From an uncultured Alphaproteobacteria bacterium (GTDB lineage Bacteria > Pseudomonadota > Alphaproteobacteria > Caulobacterales > Aquidulcibacteraceae), in contig CADEEA010000007.1 of assembly GCA_902826245.1 (NCBI GenBank), positions 4,285-68,284 of the forward strand: a stretch of DNA of 64,000 bases, given 5' to 3'. The notes beneath the pieces are model-generated. The model made no database searches and was not told the origin of the DNA. It saw nothing but the letters and a program-made list of their open reading frames with translations. This document shows positions 57,762 to 64,000 of this stretch, piece after piece; within the stretch, counting starts at the first letter, position 1, and the number at the start of each line of letters is the position of its first letter. The position numbers and the translations under genes are program-made.

Positions 57762-59471
57762 ATGTCAGGCGCCGATCCCGCCAGTACGATTTATGGCAGC
57801 GATGTCGCCGCCGACCTGCTGCGCGCCTTCGGCGTCCGCTACCTCGCCATCAACCCCGGCGCCAGTTTCCGCGGCCTGCATGACAGCATTGTCAATCGGC
57901 TCGGCAACGCTGAGCCCAAGCTGGTGCTCACTTTGCATGAAGCCCAAGCCGTGGCGATCGCGCACGGATACGCGAAGGTCACCGGCGAGCCGATGGGTGT
58001 GGTGTTGCATGCCAATGTAGGCCTAATGAACGCGGTGATGGCGATTTACAACGCGTTCACTGATCGCGTGCCGATGCTGATTCTCGGCGCCACCGGCGCG
58101 GTGGATGCGGCACGCCGCCGCCCATGGATCGAATGGATTCACACAAGCCGCGATCAGGCGGCGCTGATCCGCCCATTCGTCAAATGGGATGACCAACCCG
58201 CCTCCGTCCCTGCCATGGTGGAATCCTTGTTGCGGGCCTGGAGCTTAACGCGCGCGTCGCCGCAAGCGCCGACCTATGTGTGCCTCGATGTCCCGCTGCA
58301 GGAAGATCCCTGCGCACACCCAGGAACGCCGAACGTCGCGAGGTTTGCGCCTCAAAGCGCCGCGGCAATCGCCGAAGCCGATCTCGTGCAAGCAGCGACG
58401 CTGCTGAAAGCGGCGCGCCGTCCGCTTCTGCTCGTTGGTCGTCACCAGCGAACGCAGGCGGCCTGGGATGCGCGCGTGCGTTTGGCCGAAGCACTCGGTG
58501 CGGCAGTCATATGCGACCAGAAAGTCGGCGTTGGATTTCCGAGCGATCATCCCTTGTTTGTCGCGGCGCCAGCGCAATATCCGGACAAACGCGCAGCTGG
58601 CGTCGTGAACGAGGCTGACCTTGTGTTGAGCCTCGATTGGCCGGACCTGAAAGGATTGCTTGCACTCCGGGCGGACAAAGGCGCCGGCCTGCCGACTGTC
58701 ATCGCTTCACCTGACGAGCGGCTGCACAATGGCTGGTCGCTCGATCATTTTCCCTTTCCGGAAGCGGATTTGCGCCTGCCTGTGGCCGCTGACGCTTTTG
58801 TGACGGCGATCTTGCTGCATCTGGGAACCGCGCGCGCAAGTGAATGGTCGATCCCGCCGAAGCCCGTTCACACGCTCCCAAGTAGCGGCCCAATCACGAT
58901 CCCAGCGCTCGTGGCCGCCTTCGATAAAGCCCGCGGCACGCGCAAGGTATGCATCACACGCCTCACCTTCGGCGCGCCCGATTCAATGGTCCGCTTCACC
59001 GGCCCACTTGATTGCATTGGCATGGACGGTGGCGGCGGCATTGGCTCAACGCCGGGAATTACGGTGGGCGCGGCCTTAGCGCTGAAGGGCTCAGGCCGTT
59101 TGCCGGTCGCCATTCTCGGCGACGGCGACCTGCTGATGGGCAGTCAGGCATTATGGACCGCGGCGGCGAAGAAATTGCCCTGCCTGTTTGTCGTCAACAA
59201 CAATTCCTCGTTCTATAATGACGTCGAACACCAGGAGACTGTCGCCAAACGGCGCGGCACGCCCGTTGAGAACAAGACAGTCGGCATGGCGATCACCGAC
59301 CCGCCGGTGAACATCACAGAACTTGCACACGCCCACGGCTGCGACGTTTTCGGCCCCGTTGCTCGCGTCGAGGATCTCGACGCTGTGTTGGAGCAAGCAT
59401 TCCGCGCGGCCGAATCTGGAGCAGCCGTACTGGTGGACGTCGTGACCTTGCCACCGGCGGCGCGTACCTGA
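57762..59471 (+). CDS. Thiamine-diphosphate-binding enzyme (benzoylformate decarboxylase/ALS superfamily)
   Basis: NPGASFRGLHDS, LHEAQAV and GDGDLLMG...NN ThDP motif. Confidence 0.9.
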   Translation: MSGADPASTIYGSDVAADLLRAFGVRYLAINPGASFRGLHDSIVNRLGNAEPKLVLTLHEAQAVAIAHGYAKVTGEPMGVVLHANVGLMNAVMAIYNAFTDRVPMLILGATGAVDAARRRPWIEWIHTSRDQAALIRPFVKWDDQPASVPAMVESLLRAWSLTRASPQAPTYVCLDVPLQEDPCAHPGTPNVARFAPQSAAAIAEADLVQAATLLKAARRPLLLVGRHQRTQAAWDARVRLAEALGAAVICDQKVGVGFPSDHPLFVAAPAQYPDKRAAGVVNEADLVLSLDWPDLKGLLALRADKGAGLPTVIASPDERLHNGWSLDHFPFPEADLRLPVAADAFVTAILLHLGTARASEWSIPPKPVHTLPSSGPITIPALVAAFDKARGTRKVCITRLTFGAPDSMVRFTGPLDCIGMDGGGGIGSTPGITVGAALALKGSGRLPVAILGDGDLLMGSQALWTAAAKKLPCLFVVNNNSSFYNDVEHQETVAKRRGTPVENKTVGMAITDPPVNITELAHAHGCDVFGPVARVEDLDAVLEQAFRAAESGAAVLVDVVTLPPAART

Positions 59472-59473
59472 CG

Positions 59474-60829
59474 CTACCGCTCAGCGCGCAACGCGCCTTC
59501 CAATGCTTGAGCAATAGCGAGGAGTTCGCGATCATGCCCCCCTAACGCCGCCACCATCAGCCCCACCGGCGCCTCTCCACCCCTATGGACCGGCAACGAG
59601 ATGGAACACCCATCGATCATATTGATGACACTCGGATTGCGCAGCGCCAAGAGATTGATGCGCCCATAATCGTCATCGCCGGCAACATCTGTGAGGCGAG
59701 GTGGGGTAATGGGCGTGGTTGGCGCCAGCATCGCGTCATAACCGGCCAAAGCGTCCGTGACATCAGCGATAAGTTGCCGACGCTGAGATAGCAATTCAAT
59801 ATAGTCAACGGCGCTTTGGCTCGCCCCTCGTTTGATCCGCACGGCAACACGTGGATCGTAATCAGGCTCGTGCTCGGCCAACATATGGCGATGCCAGGCA
59901 TAACTCTCCGCTGAAGCGAAGCCGCCTTTGCTGTTGATGGCGGCGAGGCGCTCAATCGGCGCGAGCACAATGCTCTCCACTTTAGCGCCAGCCGCCTCAA
60001 GCAAGCCCACCGCACGCTCGTGAGCATCGGCAACCTCAGGCACAACGCCATCGTGAAACACGTTGAGCACTGACGCGAGGCGCAGACCACGCAGATCCTT
60101 GCGCGCGATGTCTGGATCGGCCTCGCCAGCAAGGATAGCATCTAAGGTTGCGACGCAGTCTACGCTGCGAGCGATCGGACCAACAGAATCAAGCGTAGTT
60201 GAAAGTGGCACGGCCCCCTCGCGCGGGACGCGCTTGGAGGTCGGCTTGAAGCCTACCAGACCGCACCACGCCGCCGGAATCCGGCATGAACCGCCCGTAT
60301 CGGTGCCGAGGGAGCCATGCGCCATCTCGTCAGCGACAGCCGCCGCGCCGCCCGATGTCGAACCGCCGGCCAAATGTCGTTCATCCCGGCGCCAAGGGCT
60401 GAGCGGCGTGCCGTAATGAGGATTCAAGCCCAACCCGGAGAACGCGAACTCGGTCATGTTGCTGCGGCCGATCAGGACAAACCCGGCCTTGCGCAAACGT
60501 GCAACCGCCGGCGCGTCGTGCAGAACCGGGCCGTTGTCGAGCACGCGTGAGCCAGCGCGCGTGACTTGGCCAGCAATATCGAACAGGTCCTTGATCGCAA
60601 TGGGGATGCCGGCAAACGGTGACGGCGCCCGATTTTCGGCACGCAATGCATCGGTCGCGTCAGCTGCGGCGCGCGCACCATCCTTGTCCACCGAGACAAA
60701 GGCGACACCGCCCTGCCCGCCGGGATCATCGATCTTCCCAAGGCACGCTTCCAGCAAGGCGCGCGCGCTGGTCTTGCCTGATGCAAGGTCGGCCGCCAGA
60801 GCAGCTAAAGTTGGGGTCTTCGAAGTCAC
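59474..60829 (-). CDS. Amidase-signature family enzyme
   Basis: IAIKDLFD, GGSTSGGA and GTDTGGSCRIPA; GTG start overlapping the cupin stop. Confidence 0.93.
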   Translation of the reverse strand: MTSKTPTLAALAADLASGKTSARALLEACLGKIDDPGGQGGVAFVSVDKDGARAAADATDALRAENRAPSPFAGIPIAIKDLFDIAGQVTRAGSRVLDNGPVLHDAPAVARLRKAGFVLIGRSNMTEFAFSGLGLNPHYGTPLSPWRRDERHLAGGSTSGGAAAVADEMAHGSLGTDTGGSCRIPAAWCGLVGFKPTSKRVPREGAVPLSTTLDSVGPIARSVDCVATLDAILAGEADPDIARKDLRGLRLASVLNVFHDGVVPEVADAHERAVGLLEAAGAKVESIVLAPIERLAAINSKGGFASAESYAWHRHMLAEHEPDYDPRVAVRIKRGASQSAVDYIELLSQRRQLIADVTDALAGYDAMLAPTTPITPPRLTDVAGDDDYGRINLLALRNPSVINMIDGCSISLPVHRGGEAPVGLMVAALGGHDRELLAIAQALEGALRAER

Positions 60830-61245
60830 GCCGGGTCGTAGTAATGAATTTCAAGCAACAGCGCGCCGCCAACGGACTTGAACGGCCCATGATAAACACC
60901 GGGCGGACGCACTGCATAAGTTGCGCCCTTGAAGTTCTCGCCGCCTTCGCCGTTGGCGTCATTGCCGACAGTGAGGTCGCCTGAGATCAAGAACACCTCT
61001 TCCCAATATTCATGCACGAACGGTTTCGTCGTCATGAATCCAGGCTCCATGCGCAGGAGGCGCGTGCGGCTGCCGCGCCTGTTCACCTCATCGAGGCTGC
61101 CTGACAAAACTTTCTCCGCCGCGAGCGCATCCGGCGCGTAACCGTCGGGCAGCCGCCAGCCGGATGGAAAGCCATTGCGCACGGTCCACCCTGGCGCTCC
61201 CAGATCAATGGAGCGAAACTCGTCGTGGATTTTGTTCACGGCCAT
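60826..61245 (-). CDS. Cupin-domain protein
   Basis: HEYWEEVFLISGDL and RPPGVYHGPF motifs. Confidence 0.85.
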   Translation of the reverse strand: MAVNKIHDEFRSIDLGAPGWTVRNGFPSGWRLPDGYAPDALAAEKVLSGSLDEVNRRGSRTRLLRMEPGFMTTKPFVHEYWEEVFLISGDLTVGNDANGEGGENFKGATYAVRPPGVYHGPFKSVGGALLLEIHYYDPA

Positions 61246-61256
61246 GGCGGCCTCCT

Positions 61257-62186
61257 TCAGGTCCAAAGATCGCGGTACCGTTCGGCGACGATGTCGCCGT
61301 AGCCGGGGTCGCCGGCGAGTATGCCAACGTCCCGCGAAAACGCCTTCATGCCTTCGACAAAGTCGATACCAATACGCAAATCATAGTATGGCACATCGCG
61401 GCGAATAAGTTCGCTGATCAATCCCGCTTCGCGCGGAGGGAAACGCTTATTTCCCACTTGCTTGGCTAAGGACGGATCATTTCGCAGGGCCACGTGCGCG
61501 CGGCGAATGGCGCGCACCGCGGCAGCAGCGGTCTCCGGTTCGCGCGCAATCAACTCATCGGTCGCGGCGATGGCGGCCATTGTGTAATTGAACGCAGCAC
61601 TCGGCCCGTCGCCGCGACGTACATCGAGCACCACAGCGCCGGCCCCTTCGCTAACAGCCACTTCCGCGCCCATGCCGTTCGCCCAGAAGCCGTCAATTTT
61701 GCCCTCGGCCAACGCGCGAGCTGCGGTCACGCCGAAATTGACGACTTGCCCGGGCTCTGGCTTGGCGCCGGGCACGGGTGCGATCTGCACGCCGTCGCGC
61801 TCGACATCGATGCCGCTCTCCAACAACAGGCGCCGCAACCCCATCTCCACCCACGGCGCCGCGCCTATGCGTTTGCCTTTGACGATCGAAAGATCGCCGC
61901 GCTTGGGCCCGAGATCGGCGCGCATCACCAAGAACCAGTACATGCCCTGGCCCTGCGCGCAGAGCAGCTTTACCCCGCGCCACTCGGGAAATGCCGACAC
62001 CGCCGAATGAGCAGAGCCAGCCACGAAATCGACCGCGCCGTCGCGCATGGCGCGATAGGCGGCATCGACCGGGAAAATCAGTTCAAGCGAAACATCAAGC
62101 CCTTCCTCGGCAAAACAACCGAGATCGACGGCAGCGACGGCCGGAAAATATGAATTCGAGATCAGGTCTGGAACCGCGATCTTCAC
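61257..62186 (-). CDS. NMT1/THI5-like binding-protein-fold protein lacking a signal peptide
   Basis: G.F.EEGLDV.L, DLSIVKGKRIG and type II PBP pattern. GTG start 8 nt after the DUF2848 stop. Confidence 0.8.
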   Translation of the reverse strand: MKIAVPDLISNSYFPAVAAVDLGCFAEEGLDVSLELIFPVDAAYRAMRDGAVDFVAGSAHSAVSAFPEWRGVKLLCAQGQGMYWFLVMRADLGPKRGDLSIVKGKRIGAAPWVEMGLRRLLLESGIDVERDGVQIAPVPGAKPEPGQVVNFGVTAARALAEGKIDGFWANGMGAEVAVSEGAGAVVLDVRRGDGPSAAFNYTMAAIAATDELIAREPETAAAAVRAIRRAHVALRNDPSLAKQVGNKRFPPREAGLISELIRRDVPYYDLRIGIDFVEGMKAFSRDVGILAGDPGYGDIVAERYRDLWT

Positions 62187-62194
62187 AAACTCAC

Positions 62195-62872
62195 CTATCC
62201 GAGAATTGGCAGCTCAACCACGTCATAGCCATGCTTAATGGCGCGGCCGAGCACCGGGTCGGCAAGTTCGAAGGAAAAGCGTGGCGAGGGGCGAATGCCG
62301 CCGATCGCCGCCAGCGTACCGCAGAACATCAGCGTTCCGTCCTGCAGCCCCCCCGTCCGGAAGCGCTCCATCAGATCTTCTGGCGCGCGCATCGCCGTTA
62401 CCGGCCCGTCCTGATAAAGCGCGTCGCCGGCGGCCCAAGAGCGCAAACGAAGCTGGTCCCAGTGCGCGCTCACTTCTTCCCAAGGCCACAACTCACCCGC
62501 GACCGGCTTTTCGCACATCTGTTTCGAGACGGTGACATTGTAGGTCTCAACTTTGCGGTCTGTGTGGTCGGAGCCGACGCCGACAAATAGGCGCCCTTGA
62601 TGGCGCACAAGCACGAACTCCACTTCGCCGCTGGATTCACCGCCTGCGGCTTCGATGGCGCCTGCCGTGGTGAGCCTGCTTGCGGCGACGCGATAGAAGA
62701 TCGGAGTCGATTTCGGCCGCGCCACGCCGAGTTCTTCCAACTCGCGAATGTGCTTTTCCAAAGCCGCCTGGTCGCGCCCCGTCCAACCGGCGATGACCGC
62801 GTCGTTAATCGCGATAGTTTCCGGCCGTGGACCGCTGCGCTCCTGGATTGTGAAGCTCAAACTCACGCTCAT
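62195..62872 (-). CDS. DUF2848-family protein (FAH-like)
   Basis: IAGWTGRD...HIRELEELGV, SSGEVE and GSDHTDR motifs. Confidence 0.9.
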   Translation of the reverse strand: MSVSLSFTIQERSGPRPETIAINDAVIAGWTGRDQAALEKHIRELEELGVARPKSTPIFYRVAASRLTTAGAIEAAGGESSGEVEFVLVRHQGRLFVGVGSDHTDRKVETYNVTVSKQMCEKPVAGELWPWEEVSAHWDQLRLRSWAAGDALYQDGPVTAMRAPEDLMERFRTGGLQDGTLMFCGTLAAIGGIRPSPRFSFELADPVLGRAIKHGYDVVELPILG

Positions 62873-62882
62873 CGCGACCCTC

Positions 62883-63701
62883 TCATGCGGCGGCGTCGAG
62901 GCGCATGACGCCCATGCCAGTCGCCCAACCGTGCACTGCCTCGTAGGCAAGCACTTCGCCCTTGAAGTTACCCAACGCTCCAGCCAGCGCGATCCAAGTA
63001 AGCAACTCTATCGTGCCTGCCCCGGCCTTGCCGAGCTGAGCAACAGAATATGATTTTAGAACCGCGCCGTCGCCGCGGACCATTTGATCCAGAAAACGGC
63101 GATCGAACTCGCTATCGATGTGGCCATGACCGCGCTCGCCTGGATCGTGCGACATGCCGCCGGTGGCGATAAGGCCTATGCGCTTGCCAGAGGCGCGCGC
63201 GACATCGCCAATGATCTGGCCAAACGCGTGGCAACGCGCTGGCGAGGGCTGCGGCGGCGCCAACGTGTTGAAAAACACCGGCACAACAGGAATTCGAAAA
63301 TCCGGCGTCAAGAATGAAAGCGGCACCATGGTGCCGTGATCAAGCAGCAACTCATGAGAAAATGACGGCTCAATGCCGGCGCCGTAGGCGGTGTCGATGA
63401 TTGTTTGCGCCAGAGCGGGATCACCCGGGATCGCCGTCTTCTCCATCTTCATCCACGGTTCGATTGGCCCGTGCGCGGCCTCCCCGCGCCCAACACAAAA
63501 CGCGCTCACATGGTCAAAGAAGAAATTGGCCCAATGCTCGCAAGTCAGCAGCACCAGCACGTCCGGACGCGCAGTTTCGAGCGCCCCCTTTAGCTGATTG
63601 ACGCCAACAGCCAGCGCGTCACGCTGACCAGGCGTGGCCCGCTCACTCCACGCGACCCAGCCCGGCGCGTGCCCAAGGGCTGCTGCGAACGCGATACTCA
63701 T
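62883..63701 (-). CDS. Class III extradiol ring-cleavage dioxygenase, catalytic (LigB/CarBb-like) subunit
   Basis: GHAP, RPDVLVLLTCEH, LDHG, GGMSH and E..W residues at the LigB metal and catalytic positions. Confidence 0.9.
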   Translation of the reverse strand: MSIAFAAALGHAPGWVAWSERATPGQRDALAVGVNQLKGALETARPDVLVLLTCEHWANFFFDHVSAFCVGRGEAAHGPIEPWMKMEKTAIPGDPALAQTIIDTAYGAGIEPSFSHELLLDHGTMVPLSFLTPDFRIPVVPVFFNTLAPPQPSPARCHAFGQIIGDVARASGKRIGLIATGGMSHDPGERGHGHIDSEFDRRFLDQMVRGDGAVLKSYSVAQLGKAGAGTIELLTWIALAGALGNFKGEVLAYEAVHGWATGMGVMRLDAAA

Positions 63702-63955
63702 GGCCCCTCCTGACGGATCGCGGTGAGATAATCCGGCTCGGCAACACCGTGGATGATCGAGAACGGCCGCAGCAACAAGCCATGTACGCCCATGCGGTAA
63801 AGGGCCCCGTAGTCGCGCGCGGCGAGCGCCTTGCCCTCGGTGTCCTCCAGCTTCCACTCAGCGCACAGCGCATCGGGCGTCGCCACGAAGCGCTCGCGTA
63901 CGGCGGCGTTACGATTGATCTCCCGGATCAACTTTTGCAGCTGGTAGACGCTCAT
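63698..63955 (-). CDS. Class III extradiol dioxygenase small (LigA/CarBa-like) subunit
   Basis: 85 aa, Y...KLI..., E..AL...D..ALY..GVH.LL pattern; ATGA overlap with the large subunit. Confidence 0.85.
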   Translation of the reverse strand: MSVYQLQKLIREINRNAAVRERFVATPDALCAEWKLEDTEGKALAARDYGALYRMGVHGLLLRPFSIIHGVAEPDYLTAIRQEGP

Positions 63956-64000
63956 GGCGCCTCCGCGAACACATCGTCGACCCAATGCAAAGCGGCCACC
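63952..64000 (-). CDS. 3' end of an upstream gene (VAALHWVDDVFAEAP*), function unknown
   Basis: Open frame to the window edge; its TGA overlaps the ATG of the small dioxygenase subunit. Confidence 0.5.
   Translation of the reverse strand, partial: VAALHWVDDVFAEAP

Noticed and set aside
1-64000. CRISPR arrays, integrases, transposases and phage genes
   Set aside because: No regularly spaced repeats or recognisable mobile-element proteins were seen.

Overview
High-GC alphaproteobacterial chromosome segment. Gene order and protein style suggest Caulobacterales/Hyphomonadaceae, which is an inference. Bases 1-37056 are conserved housekeeping genes: parC (5' part), recO, era, rnc, lepB, acpS, pdxJ, pyrE, spoT, rpoZ, folK, udg, smpB, dapA, slt, hrpB, tgt, purN, ndk, holC, pepA, lptFGD, surA, pdxA and rsmA. 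Small accessory items interrupt this stretch: a REP/MITE-like palindrome, a duplicated recO 3' end, a DUF433/DUF5615 toxin-antitoxin pair, a frameshifted Uma2 nuclease gene, three tandem I78 inhibitor lipoproteins, and a CxxC/RAPP leader ORF ahead of a TonB receptor. From about 37200 to the window end is a more than 26 kb catabolic island with no visible integrase. It encodes three Rieske oxygenase alpha subunits, one beta subunit, a CxxHxxC ferredoxin, a TauD dioxygenase, an LLM monooxygenase, a LigAB/CarBaBb-type ring-cleavage dioxygenase, two amidases, a PuuE-like deacetylase, a tannase-family esterase, a TonB receptor, three MFS transporters, a ThDP enzyme, DUF2848, a cupin and a binding-protein-fold protein with no signal peptide. 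Six copies of a TTGTCWGACAA-like operator tie the scattered transcription units together, and a separate 18-bp operator sits inside a sigma70-like promoter next to the local GntR gene. The best candidate for an undescribed system is this island, inferred to degrade an aromatic or N-heteroaromatic compound. The substrate cannot be determined from sequence alone.
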